DNA of 64,000 bases, from positions 124,001 through 188,000 of IMG/VR virus record IMGVR_UViG_3300028666_000022; one strand, 5' to 3'. Position 1 is the first letter of the stretch. Each line of letters starts with the position of its first letter. This document shows positions 37,601-47,900 of this stretch, in pieces. The position numbers and the translations under genes are program-made. The notes under the pieces were generated by a model. It did no database searches, was not told the origin of the DNA, and was given only the letters and a program-made list of their open reading frames with translations.

Positions 37601-38957
37601 ATAATTCATTTATTATTTTAATATATTTTTTAAACTCATCTATGGGCTTATTAATAATATTATCTTCAATAAGTGCATAAACAGCTAAATTTTTTTCACT
37701 ATCAATTAGTTTATATATTGAATATATATCAACTAATGATTTTGGTTTAGCTCTTTGTATTTTTAATCCTGCATCCACTTCACTAACATCAGTAGTTAAT
37801 TTCAATATTTTATTACCATTTATTGAATATGCAAATCCATAACTACCACCTCCAAGATATTGTGGTTGTCCTAAATTCATTTTTTCAGAAAACATAGTGG
37901 CAATATTATTTGCATATTCATTATCTAATCTCATTGGTTCAACAACAGGAGTATCTTCTTCATTTAGTTCAACCATTTCTTTTTCTAATGGTTCTCTATC
38001 GTAGAATTTACCTCTAATTAAATAATCTTGTAACTCTAATAAATTATTATAAAATTTCTTTTTATTATCAACATGATTTAATACTTCATTAATATTATTT
38101 ACACAATCATGAAAATTATCCAATAAATAAGGAGCACTTGGTAATACTCTGGTTGGATATTTATCTCTATTTAACACAAATGAAATGAAATCTTCATTAA
38201 TAACACCATTACCATCAGAAACACTATATGGCATTAATCCCCACATATTATGTCTAACTTCACCAGTATTACCTATATCTGAAAGAATATCATCATTACC
38301 ATCTTGAAAATTATAAAGTTCATAAATTTTCTGTGATTGTTTTTTCTGTGGATTATAATAGGTGTCATAAACCTCATCACTAAGACCATAATCAGTTAAA
38401 ACAATTGTAGGTTGACCATCATGAAGCACTTCGCCATATGAACTTGGCCTTCCAAAATCTCCAACTTCAGCAGAATGATTATCAATAAAATTAGTTAAAT
38501 CTTGTACAAATTCATTGTTCGCTAATTCTTCTTCAATTTCACTATCTTGTCCAAAAATCTTCCTACCACCATTCATTTGAGATTTATAATTTCTGAGATA
38601 ATAAAATAAATCATTTAAACTTCTAATACCAGTTAATTCTTTAATTCTTCTTTCAGTAACTTTTTTTGCTTTCTCAGCAATTAACCAAGTATCATCGTCT
38701 GCAAATTCAAATATTTTAGTTAAAATAAAATCATTATTACCATTAGCATTCACACTAGCTTCTTCAGCATTTTGTGCAACACCCTTAGTATTTTTAGCTA
38801 ATTTAAAAACTTTAGTTCCATCAATATCATAAACAATTCTACCTGAACCACTACCGATTCTAGTTAAGTTTTGATTCGCATAATCAATTTTACCTTTAAA
38901 GGATTTTATATTAAGAAATTCTTTTAGAAAATTTTGTAAAAAATCGTTGTAAGACAT
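34686..38957 (-). CDS. Polyvalent protein: three protein-kinase-like domains, a ParB-like domain and an ADP-ribosyltransferase-like domain
   Basis: GxGxxG + K.(F/L)K + D(Y/I/V)G three times; IDGNHK; IWR...YWSW...EKE (R-S-E). Confidence 0.75.
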   Translation of the reverse strand: MSYNDFLQNFLKEFLNIKSFKGKIDYANQNLTRIGSGSGRIVYDIDGTKVFKLAKNTKGVAQNAEEASVNANGNNDFILTKIFEFADDDTWLIAEKAKKVTERRIKELTGIRSLNDLFYYLRNYKSQMNGGRKIFGQDSEIEEELANNEFVQDLTNFIDNHSAEVGDFGRPSSYGEVLHDGQPTIVLTDYGLSDEVYDTYYNPQKKQSQKIYELYNFQDGNDDILSDIGNTGEVRHNMWGLMPYSVSDGNGVINEDFISFVLNRDKYPTRVLPSAPYLLDNFHDCVNNINEVLNHVDNKKKFYNNLLELQDYLIRGKFYDREPLEKEMVELNEEDTPVVEPMRLDNEYANNIATMFSEKMNLGQPQYLGGGSYGFAYSINGNKILKLTTDVSEVDAGLKIQRAKPKSLVDIYSIYKLIDSEKNLAVYALIEDNIINKPIDEFKKYIKIINELSASENDDFVGLMILLKKKKYDEFIESSKQILTNKPEANIVQADREKAYKFIQDLFEIKKELDELAIKSNDYSNVENLGYKNGVLTYFDIGGYRANDIQIPQQNNIMLPEGEELLDESVSRENADTIANKVAEIYKLNQPKFIGSGNFGAAYDIGNDKILKVTSDKSEAVENLGLIGKQLKYIAEPYNVFSIKSKSNADELYVIILEKLKTNGDYFIKIRNKLNFAFEKILGVKLSDVIDFYIDGYGNNVNKDKINKYLSKNPEDAEYFNGLLKIAEEAKKHGVESMDYLNPENLGYKKDGSIGFFDVGFGNYYAKSNKQPEEVEIDETKEINNDNLNKLREQVFNSKNVQEFLKNIITDFDVRYEMRKAAEPLVKIEDIKNIEKYKENQKLNNEVILAWEDVIKNGKRPFIILRNNNHIDGNHKLQAYKNLRFNKIPVLRENDLINFYNKIKNSNIDEDGTSKFSTDDGIGRDDFPLYDQNDTSVLTDNNVPSGNDNIISNNGHEYNVNERVLSSMAGSSSVDVKKKCRLGGLGNTSIACNQGDVKNFNIKSLKEEDFPEYEKQIEDEGVGDTYAEKEFNIQNTNGEFNNKYNKEMNKENQEEIIKIDTDYKKDINIIKNPKSLNNIAPSVRGLIDREGNLFVEEKNSVVHDNLINGLYKIGILKRIPLDWYSSLPTEFVTVQRYGKTNKFLLGESNETMIPDSRRNTYDKSLNLQSWNKLPTRDEAAPFYQKFLDKAKIKNPNIEFINDKITYYGKEESKLNETIVNEIENFLNEKSVHSLNTNDVITPEYLKILKQNNNYEPFVNRFKYENNIEWNDEIDENSKEFQDWLMNELSDRYYDVVRNIRSKIKPDNRIDIWRMMTVENGWVIHLMKEGKHLGIYWSWEENAAEAHWGQSGNNRVLIKSSIKEENIDWENTVALNMDINIGEDEKEIRLFKNTPLKIEELYMNNKNIIDDLEVSQIKNKTFYA

Positions 38958-38995
38958 TAGAAATAATATTTAATTATATGAATTAATTATTTTAA

Positions 38996-39004
38996 TATAA
39001 ATAC
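38996..39004 (-). promoter_or_regulatory. Putative late promoter GTATTTATA
   Basis: Upstream of the polyvalent protein. Confidence 0.55.
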
Positions 39005-39061
39005 AAAAAAATTTGTTTAAAATTATTTTAATTAGAATAGTATTATAATGAAAAAGACACC

Positions 39062-39757
39062 CTAAGATGCCTTTTTATTTTTTGCTTGAATTTCTCTTAT
39101 CGTTTCATATACCAGAGTTTTTACCATCTCTTTATTCTCATGAAGTACTTCTTTTATTCTCTCAACAGCATACATTTCTATTATTGTACTTTTAATTGCT
39201 TCTTCTATAACTGGTCCAAAATTTTCTGATAAATATGTATTAACAATTTTCTTCACATTCTCAACTAAATATCCTTCATTAATTTGAGATGTTTGTTCTT
39301 GTAAATTCTGTTTATTATTTTGAGTTGTACCGGGTTTAATGTGACTTTCTATTGAATCTGCAAGTGTTTGTTTTTTTCTTTTTTCAAATTCAGCATATAG
39401 TAACTCATCTCTTTCTGGAGACATATCAATATTACTTTCATGTAAATTAGGTTGTTTATTAATAACAGGTTGTGTTTTACGTGATTGAACCACTTCTGTT
39501 TCTGAAACATTATGTTGAAATTTTTCACCATTCTTTGCTGCTGTCTTATTTTCAACCAATTTAATTAAATTAGATGCTGGTGTTGATTTACCTGTATGTA
39601 ATGAAGTTAATAATCCATTTAAAAATTCATCTCTTGGTTTACCATTACTCACAGTAACACTTTCACCTAATTTAGATGAAACCAAATTTTTACTATTTTT
39701 ACGAGTATCAATTTCAGTTTTTAACTTATTTAAATCAACCGATTTTAACGATGCCAT
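39062..39757 (-). CDS. Hypothetical late protein, possibly head-associated
   Basis: LGES, LHES, LQEQ, INEG and LVEN sites; late motif upstream. Confidence 0.6.
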   Translation of the reverse strand: MASLKSVDLNKLKTEIDTRKNSKNLVSSKLGESVTVSNGKPRDEFLNGLLTSLHTGKSTPASNLIKLVENKTAAKNGEKFQHNVSETEVVQSRKTQPVINKQPNLHESNIDMSPERDELLYAEFEKRKKQTLADSIESHIKPGTTQNNKQNLQEQTSQINEGYLVENVKKIVNTYLSENFGPVIEEAIKSTIIEMYAVERIKEVLHENKEMVKTLVYETIREIQAKNKKAS

Positions 39758-39787
39758 AACTATAATTTATAAATTTTTATTATTTTT

Positions 39788-39796
39788 TATAAATAC
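39788..39796 (-). promoter_or_regulatory. Putative late promoter GTATTTATA
   Basis: Upstream of 39757. Confidence 0.55.
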
Positions 39797-39800
39797 TATA

Positions 39801-40685
39801 TTATTTGAAAAAAGTACCTTTATTTGGATTTTTTTGATTAGTTTCTTTTATTGCACTATTTTCCATTTTTTTAAAAAAACTAGTATCAACCTTTTGATTA
39901 GGCTTAATATACTTTATATATAAATCTTTTAAATTACCTACTATTGATTCTGGTGGTAACTTAGTTTTAATATTCTCATCTTTTAATACTAAATCACCAT
40001 TTTCATCTGTAACAACCAATAGTTTTTCTGGAGATTTCTTTTTAATTCCTTTAGCAATTGCCCATAAATGTTCAATCTCGTCAGCAGTAGCTTCTCTTTG
40101 TTTTTTACCTGCATTTGAAAAATATCTGAACTTTTCTTTTTGTCCAGCAAATGCCGATGTTGGTTCAGGTAATTTTTGTTTAATTACATCAGGCTTTTCT
40201 ATTGAATCAATACCAGTTGCTTGTGTTTGTGGTTTACCTGTACTAATCTGAACTGCAGCAACAATATCTCTCATTTGAGAATCATTTGGATTATAACCTT
40301 CTGGCATTTTTGATTCATCAGTACTAAAATACTTACCAGTAGGAAGAAATGATGTTATTTTATCAACTCTAAATAATCTCCATCCATGTTTTGTCCTACC
40401 TTTAGGATCACTATATTTTTTATTACTATCTGAAGCACCAGCCTCTTGCCACGCTCTTAATAATAAATAATCACCACCTTCTTTGGTCGTTTTTCCTAAC
40501 GTGTAACCACGAATTGTCCTGTATCCTTTTTTTAGTGTATTATCTCCGGCGTAGTATATATAAACAATTTTATGTTTATTAATTGCATCAACAACAGTAT
40601 TTTCATCAACCCCTTCTTTTAAAAGTTGACGAAAATGATTCACATTATCAAAAAATTGTTTAACTTCGTTAAGCATTATATTCAT
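39801..40685 (-). CDS. WYL-domain protein
   Basis: AINKHKIVYIYY...R.I..Y.LG...LLRAWQ...GWRLFRVDKI. Confidence 0.8.
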   Translation of the reverse strand: MNIMLNEVKQFFDNVNHFRQLLKEGVDENTVVDAINKHKIVYIYYAGDNTLKKGYRTIRGYTLGKTTKEGGDYLLLRAWQEAGASDSNKKYSDPKGRTKHGWRLFRVDKITSFLPTGKYFSTDESKMPEGYNPNDSQMRDIVAAVQISTGKPQTQATGIDSIEKPDVIKQKLPEPTSAFAGQKEKFRYFSNAGKKQREATADEIEHLWAIAKGIKKKSPEKLLVVTDENGDLVLKDENIKTKLPPESIVGNLKDLYIKYIKPNQKVDTSFFKKMENSAIKETNQKNPNKGTFFK

Positions 40686-42546
40686 ATATTAAACTACCAC
40701 AATCATAAATATTTAAACAATGTTTTTTATGCTCATCATTATAATATTTAATTCTTTTACCAACACTAAAATACCACATATGTGGTTCTGTTACTTTAAC
40801 CAATTTAAAATTATTTAAAGAAATATTTTTTTCTGAATAATATCTTCTATCAAAAGAAATAATTATTTTTGTTTGTGAATATTTTTTAATTAAAAAATCA
40901 ATTAAATTATTTTCTACATCTAAAATTAAATTATTTAATTTATTACAAAAATTAATAATATTTAAACCATTATTAAATTCATTAATAGACATAACATAAA
41001 CCAATTCATTATTATAATATAAACCTAATTGAATATTACTTTTATTATATTCATTAATACTATTTTCAATAATAAAATTTTTAGCAACATTTTCATCTAG
41101 TTCAATAATTTTACAATCACTAAAATTTATTGTATGATTATAGCGATTTAATTTAGATTTTATTATCGATTTAACCACTTCTTTTTTATGTAACCATTCA
41201 TCTTCAAAAACATGCAATAATTGAATTTCTTGTTTTTCACATTCGATGGTTTTATTTAAATGATATTTAATATCTTTAAATTTAGTTGAATGCCAAAATA
41301 AACCATTGTATTCGATTGCTAATTTATTATCTGGAATAAGAACATCTAATTCTAATTTATTTAATATTAAAATATCGTTTTCAAGAATACTAATATTATT
41401 TTCAACTAAAAATTCTTTTATTTCTTTTTCTGAAATAGATGATGAATCATTAACTGAGTAACATTGAGTACAAATTTTATTGTTTGTATTATGAATTCTA
41501 TCGTAAAAAAGATCTTTATCAATTTCAAACTGAGAATGTTTGCTACAATAATTATCAATGATTATTGTATTATCGGTTAATTTTATATTTGAAATGTCTA
41601 AATTAATTAATTTAGCAATATCTTTTTTATACTTTTCTTGTTTTGTGTTTTTTATTTTTTTGTTAATCTCTTTATTTTGTGATGGATTTTCACAGCCATA
41701 TCTTTCTAAATTTGTTTTCTTTGATTTATTTTTTATTTCTTTATTTTGTTGTGGATTTTCAAATCCAAATTTAATTATGTTTGTTTGCTTAGTTTTTTCT
41801 TTTATTTCTTCATTTTGCGTGGGAGATTTAACACCATATCGTTCTATGTTTGTACCATCCTTTTTTTTCTTACTTTCATTACTTTGTGTAGAATATTCAA
41901 CTCCATATTTTTTTAAACATGTTTGTTTTGATTTTTCTTTTATTTCTTCATTTTGTAATCCATATTCAGTACCATATTTTTTTAGATTCGTTTGTTTAAC
42001 TTGCTCTTTATTTGAATCAAGCATTAGATTACATTTAACACCAAAATTATCTATGTTTTTCTGTTCAATTTTTTCTCTAATTTCACTATTTTGACTAGGA
42101 TATTCAACACCATATTTTTCGATACATGTTTCTCTTGACTTTTTATTTACCTTTTCGTTTAGTAAACTACATTCAGTTCCATATTTTTCTAAACTAGTTT
42201 TTACTGTTTTTTTTCTAATTTCCTTATTTTGTTGTGGATTTTCACAGCCATATTTTATTATGCATGTTTTTTTTCTTTTTTCTTTGGTTGATTTAGAATT
42301 ATATCTACATTTTTTTGAACAAGTTTGTTTATAACCAGCAGAAAAACCTAAGAATTTAACAATATTAATTTCACAACAATTACATTTTGGTGGTAAATCA
42401 ATATTGTTAATATAATTATATAACATTTGACTCCAATCAATATTTTTAAAATTTTTATTAAACTCTATAATTTCACGATATTTCTCATTTGAGAATTTTT
42501 TAATGAAAATTCTTTTACCATAAAATTTATCAATTTCATTTAACAT
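40669..42546 (-). CDS. Homing-type endonuclease: KYG repeats plus Vsr/Hef-like nuclease domain
   Basis: About 9 x K.T..(K)YG.E...Q..EI..K; ELD..IP..KLAIEYNG..WHS...HVFEDEW. Confidence 0.8.
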   Translation of the reverse strand: MLNEIDKFYGKRIFIKKFSNEKYREIIEFNKNFKNIDWSQMLYNYINNIDLPPKCNCCEINIVKFLGFSAGYKQTCSKKCRYNSKSTKEKRKKTCIIKYGCENPQQNKEIRKKTVKTSLEKYGTECSLLNEKVNKKSRETCIEKYGVEYPSQNSEIREKIEQKNIDNFGVKCNLMLDSNKEQVKQTNLKKYGTEYGLQNEEIKEKSKQTCLKKYGVEYSTQSNESKKKKDGTNIERYGVKSPTQNEEIKEKTKQTNIIKFGFENPQQNKEIKNKSKKTNLERYGCENPSQNKEINKKIKNTKQEKYKKDIAKLINLDISNIKLTDNTIIIDNYCSKHSQFEIDKDLFYDRIHNTNNKICTQCYSVNDSSSISEKEIKEFLVENNISILENDILILNKLELDVLIPDNKLAIEYNGLFWHSTKFKDIKYHLNKTIECEKQEIQLLHVFEDEWLHKKEVVKSIIKSKLNRYNHTINFSDCKIIELDENVAKNFIIENSINEYNKSNIQLGLYYNNELVYVMSINEFNNGLNIINFCNKLNNLILDVENNLIDFLIKKYSQTKIIISFDRRYYSEKNISLNNFKLVKVTEPHMWYFSVGKRIKYYNDEHKKHCLNIYDCGSLIYEYNA

Positions 42547-42575
42547 AATATTTACATTATTTAATACAATTATTT

Positions 42576-42815
42576 TTAAGCCGTACCCTGATTATATTCT
42601 TTATTATAGCTAAATTTGTTTTTAGCTAATAAAGTTTTACGTGCTTTTATGTCATCTAAACTTCCAGTATCCCCGTTATTAGTGTCTTTCCCGTAGTTAT
42701 CACCATCTGATTTTACATCTTTAGACCCCGGATTGTATTCATTATTATATGAATATCTATTTTTAGCAAGTTCCTGTTGTCTAAATGGTAAGTTAATTTC
42801 TTCTAATTTGCTCAT
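42576..42815 (-). CDS. Small late protein with a duplicated LAKN.(Y/F)SYN.EYN motif
   Basis: ORF track; late motif upstream. Confidence 0.7.
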   Translation of the reverse strand: MSKLEEINLPFRQQELAKNRYSYNNEYNPGSKDVKSDGDNYGKDTNNGDTGSLDDIKARKTLLAKNKFSYNKEYNQGTA

Positions 42816-42849
42816 TATTTTTTATTTTATTTACTTCAAATTATTTTAT

Positions 42850-42858
42850 TATAAATAC
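42850..42858 (-). promoter_or_regulatory. Putative late promoter GTATTTATA
   Basis: Upstream of 42815. Confidence 0.55.
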
Positions 42859-42876
42859 AAAAAATATTAATAATTA

Positions 42877-43668
42877 CTAATACTCTTTGAAAACTAAATT
42901 AATATAATCTATCAAATTCGGAACAGTATCAAGATATTCCATTTCTGATACTGAGAACCACCCGTAACTGTCATGTTCTTCATTTAATATAATATCTGTT
43001 GGTTCACCTTCATATCTACAAGCGAATATATGTTCAACGCTTCCGGGATTCCTTTGAATAATCACTTTTTCAACAAATTTATTAATTTCTAAGCCAGTTT
43101 CTTCTTTGATTTCTCTTTCACATGCTTCTTCAGGTTCTTCATTTTTTTCAATAGTACCACCAGCTAAAGCCCATTGGTTACTTCCCCACAAATCTTTAAC
43201 ATCTGCTCTTTTTAATAATAAAATTTTGTTATCGTCATTAACAATTACAGCAATTGCATGTTTTTTTAAACTATCATAATCATTAATATCGTATTTTTTA
43301 TCTTCGTTTAATTCTGGTGCTTGAAATGCTTTATTTCCTAAATTAACATCGACATTTATATCTTGTTTAACTTCTTTTGATGTCTTCACTGCATTTCTAT
43401 CTGATCCTAATGTTTGTTCAATAAATGCTTTCATTAAATTACCACCAGCAAGAGCATATTGTATTTTATCATCTGTTTGTGGATTAAAATAATCGAAGAA
43501 ATTCTTTAACCTTTTCATTGCTTGATATGATATTTGACCATTTTTAAGCATGAATTTGGCTCTTTTTGTACCTTCACTATTAGAGTGTGATATTAGTACT
43601 CCATTAATATATTTTAATATATCTGAGGGTATTTGATACTGTTTATCATATAATTCTTGATTTGCCAT
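42877..43668 (-). CDS. NUDIX hydrolase fused to an N-terminal domain
   Basis: Nudix box GGTIEKNEEPEEACEREIKEETGL; LNE at the domain junction. Confidence 0.9.
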   Translation of the reverse strand: MANQELYDKQYQIPSDILKYINGVLISHSNSEGTKRAKFMLKNGQISYQAMKRLKNFFDYFNPQTDDKIQYALAGGNLMKAFIEQTLGSDRNAVKTSKEVKQDINVDVNLGNKAFQAPELNEDKKYDINDYDSLKKHAIAVIVNDDNKILLLKRADVKDLWGSNQWALAGGTIEKNEEPEEACEREIKEETGLEINKFVEKVIIQRNPGSVEHIFACRYEGEPTDIILNEEHDSYGWFSVSEMEYLDTVPNLIDYINLVFKEY

Positions 43669-43670
43669 GA

Positions 43671-44294
43671 TTATTTTCTCTCCAACAAATTAATTAACTT
43701 ATCAATATCTTTTTTTTCTAATTTATTAATTAAACCAGCAATTTTCTCAATTTTTTTACTTTTAATGCCACCATCTTCACTCTTTTTACTCATTTCATCT
43801 TCGCTTTTTTTCTGAATAACTTTATCTTCAGCAACCTTACCTTCATCAATTGTTTTAGGTTCTTCAAATGCTTTTTCAATGTGAGGTGCAATTGTTTTAA
43901 TTATTTTCTTTGCCCATTCAATATCATTTTTTTCACATTCATCTGAATGTTTATCATTTTCTGAAGCTAATCTATAATCACTTTTTAACTTATTTGGATT
44001 TTTATAATAGTATTTCAAAGTCTCTAAATGCTTCTCGTGCATAAGTTCAGATAAATCATTTAGTAAGTCTGATTTATTTATATCTTCTTTACCCTCATAA
44101 AATCCCATTCCTGAAAACCCCATTCTACCTAAGAAATCAAACCGATAGGGCTGTGTACCTATTTTTTGATTATAATCTGTTGTATTTGATGCTTGAGTTT
44201 CTAAATTTGCTCCACTAGTGGGAACATCATTTTTTCCAATTAATTCACCATTAGAATCAATAATTTCATCTAATTCTTTTTTCTTATAAATCAT
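43671..44294 (-). CDS. Hypothetical late protein
   Basis: ORF track; ELDE and IDEG sites; late motif upstream. Confidence 0.7.
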   Translation of the reverse strand: MIYKKKELDEIIDSNGELIGKNDVPTSGANLETQASNTTDYNQKIGTQPYRFDFLGRMGFSGMGFYEGKEDINKSDLLNDLSELMHEKHLETLKYYYKNPNKLKSDYRLASENDKHSDECEKNDIEWAKKIIKTIAPHIEKAFEEPKTIDEGKVAEDKVIQKKSEDEMSKKSEDGGIKSKKIEKIAGLINKLEKKDIDKLINLLERK

Positions 44295-44309
44295 AATAAC
44301 ATATTTTTA

Positions 44310-44318
44310 TATAAATAC
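44310..44318 (-). promoter_or_regulatory. Putative late promoter GTATTTATA
   Basis: 15 nt upstream of the ATG at 44294. Confidence 0.6.
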
Positions 44319-44348
44319 TAAAAAATATGAGATGATTAAAAATATGAT

Positions 44349-44525
44349 TTAAATAATCTTTTTTTGATTACATTTAGCTTCAGGATTTTTATTACCACCA
44401 CCATATTTACAATCATCACAAGAAATAGTTGTATTATAACCACAATCGTGATCATGCTCCAAACCAAATCCCCACTGAATGAATCCTTTACAATTACCTT
44501 TAATATTATTATAATTCTTCTTCAT
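44349..44525 (-). CDS. Small Cys-rich protein, 58 aa (absent from track)
   Basis: MKKNYNNIKGNCKG...DCGYNTTISCDDCKYGGGNKNPEAKC. Confidence 0.55.
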   Translation of the reverse strand: MKKNYNNIKGNCKGFIQWGFGLEHDHDCGYNTTISCDDCKYGGGNKNPEAKCNQKKII

Positions 44526-44970
44526 TTATTTTTGATTTAAGTTCGTTACCAGTAATTGATTTATATAAATTTTGAAATTCGTGAACATAAAAATGTTTCA
44601 TTAAATCCTTATTCCAAATACAAATAATATCACTTGGTATTGTATTGGGTTTTTCCGACTCTCTCAAATAAAGATAATCTCCTGAAAAAACTAAACATAA
44701 CTTACCCTTTTCAAATCTTGATATATCATAAGTAAATTCATGAAAACCATCTTTTTTAACACCAAATAAATTATGCCATTCTTCTGTTAATTCTATTGGT
44801 TCAACAACATCTAAACTTAGTGTGCATTCACCTAAATTATACCAATCACTTTCGTTCCACTGAAAATTATCATTAAAATTAGATAATTTACCATCATCAT
44901 TTCTATAACTCCATATAGAAACATTATGGTGAAACCAATTACCAATTTTTATTTCATTAACATCTATCAT
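44509..44970 (-). CDS. Conserved-type phage hypothetical protein
   Basis: IKIGNW...EPIELTEEW...YVHEFQNLY..ITG.EL, a pattern I associate with Bacteroidota phages. Confidence 0.65.
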   Translation of the reverse strand: MIDVNEIKIGNWFHHNVSIWSYRNDDGKLSNFNDNFQWNESDWYNLGECTLSLDVVEPIELTEEWHNLFGVKKDGFHEFTYDISRFEKGKLCLVFSGDYLYLRESEKPNTIPSDIICIWNKDLMKHFYVHEFQNLYKSITGNELKSKINEEEL

Positions 44971-44996
44971 AATATTATTTATTTAAAATTTATTAT

Positions 44997-47900
44997 TTAC
45001 ATACTATCTTCATCAACCTCTTCTTGTTCTGTCTCTATTTGAGCATCATAATTTTTAACATATTCATCAAATGCAGCACTAGCAGTATCAACTTCCATAA
45101 ACAGTCTTTCCATTGTAACATCAGAAGGAAGCTTAAAATCAATTTTAAATTGTTCAAAATATTTATCACGTTTTTCAACCATTGATTTTAATTCTTTATC
45201 CTTTTCTGTTTCTACTGCCAAAGTAATTTCAAGATTTTTAATCTTTTCTTCTTGTTCAGCTCTTTTTCTATCGAGTTCTAATTCAATCTCGCTTTTAGGT
45301 ACGTCAATATTTTCTCTAATGATTTCCATGAAAACACCATTATATCTTCCTAAATTATATTGACTACCATCTTTAATTAAAACTAAATCATTAGTACAAT
45401 ATTTTTCATTAATTGATTTAATTCTAGGCTTATTACTTTTTGACATTAAATCATTTAAATATTTTAAAGCACCTTCATATATTTCAAAATATACTTTACT
45501 CTCTTCATGCATTTTAAATCCATTCCAAACTAATCTTGGATCATAACCAGTTTTATTCCAAAAATCAACTTCTTTTTCTTCTAAATGCATTGATTCTTCA
45601 ATTGTATCACTATCAAAATTTTTAAGTTCTAATTGATCATTACTATACATATTTCGAGTTAATTCTTCGACCACTCTTTTATTTCCAAATTCATCCTTAG
45701 TTTTCTTCTTCACTATTTTTGATAGCATATTTTTCTGGATTTCTTCATCAAATCCAAGTAATATTGGTTCAACTCTTTTATTAAATGCATCCAAATATTT
45801 AACAACATTATAGTCTCCAATCATATTAGGATTTTCAAGTAAATCATTAGCACTAATTAATGTAGATGCAAATCTTTCAAGTCCAGTATTTTTATCTTTT
45901 ATTCTACTTGAACTACCATGTGATTTTAAATAACCAGTATTAACGTGATAAACAACACTATCTAATTCTGGTTCTTGTGGCATGTAATTAGCAACTAGTT
46001 TTGTCTTTTCCTCAACACTAAGTTTTTCTTCTGATTTACTAAATGTTAATTCTGATTTATGTTTTTCAAACAATTCGCAAGCAATTGCATTTCTTTTTTC
46101 AAGTAATAATTCCATATATGCTTGCATACCTTTATCTCTACCATTCTTATCTTTACCTCTTTTCTTATAAACCGCTAAAGTACTTTTTATTCTATTTTTA
46201 GTTGCAATTTTCTTCAATGGTATACGTTTATAAAAAATATCTTCAGCATAATCATAATAATATTGAACAAATTCAGCACCCTTACCATGAAGAATTAAAT
46301 TCAAGCCCTTATCAATAAATTCCTCCACATATTCAGGCATTACTTTTGATTTAATTGTATTGCCAGTGAGTTTAATTTTTTCTTTCATTTCACCAGTTTT
46401 TTTATCCTTAACTAAAGATAATGTAGCATAATTAATTCTTGAAAGATTTAAACAGGAAATATATTCTCCATCATTGTCAACACTCATGAAATTGCCTTTC
46501 ATCTCTTCATTATTATATTTTTCAATTAAAGCACTAATTCCAATCTTATCTTTATAATGCCACATGTTTTCAATTAAATCTTCTGTAGTTTCAATGATTT
46601 GACCAAAATCAGTAATTCTAATATTTGTTTTATTTGGTATTTGAAAATTTATACCATCAGTAACTGCTAATAGAGCAACACAATTATATTTACTGAACCA
46701 TGAAATTGCATGTCTTAATTCTAAACGACCTGAACAAGTTATTCGAGCAGCACAAACATTGTCTGACCAGTTAAATGATTTATTACTACCTAATGCACCA
46801 AATAATGAGTTATTAAGAATTTTTATTGGTAATTGTTTAACCTTAAATAATAATCTATCTATTTCAGTTATTTGTTTATTAATATGATCATTATCTTCTG
46901 CAGTTATATTATCATTCAATAATTTCTCATGTATATTTGGATCAATTTCTTTTAATAATGCAATTTCCTCTTGATTTAATTTATCGTTAATTGCAAGTTT
47001 CTTATATATATTACGTGTTGTTGTAAGATACAATAACATTTTTTCAATAACACCAGTAATATCAAACATCGGAAATATACCCCAAGTTAATTGAAGCATT
47101 GGATAAAGTGAAGCATAGTCAATTTTCACAATTCTAGTGCTATAACCAACTTTATAACATCTAGCTAAACCACCTGAAAATTGTTCACTTATGTCTGGAT
47201 GTGGAATAGCTAAATCATTTTCATAACTCCATGCAGTTAAAAGTAAATTCCAAATTGCTGCAGTACCCATAGTACAAACCCTTTGAAATGTAGTTGGTAC
47301 TATTTTAGCTAACATGAATGCTGATTGATTATATAATTCATCAACTTGTTCAGTTTCCCAAAGGTCATCAAGTAAATATTGTTTTACTAATCTTTTACCT
47401 CCAATAAATTTAGACATTTTACTCAGTAAGGCATTTTCTTTAAACCAAGTAATGAAATTTGGATTTTCGTCTAAATATTTTTTCCTTAAAATACTATATT
47501 GTTCCTCAGTTATTTTAGTTTTATTTGTTTGAAGAGCATATAATTTTTTACTTACTTCTTGGTAATCATCTGGAACTATAATGTATTCATTTTTATCGTT
47601 AATAACAAATATTTTATTTTCATTATAATATCTACCAATTGCACCATCTTCACCGGGAATATATGTTCTATTAGGTTTAGCTATTTTTTCATGTTTAGCT
47701 ATATATTTTAATTTATTTTCCTTAATATCACTATTAATTGCTGCAGTTTTCTTTACAGCATGTAATATATCAATAACTGAAAATCCCCACATTTCTGTAG
47801 CAGTAAATTTATCGGCCATATTACCATATTTAACACTTACATTTGGTCTTCTCTTTAAATCTACTCCTTCTTTAAGTGTTGTTGGAACTTGTGATAAATC

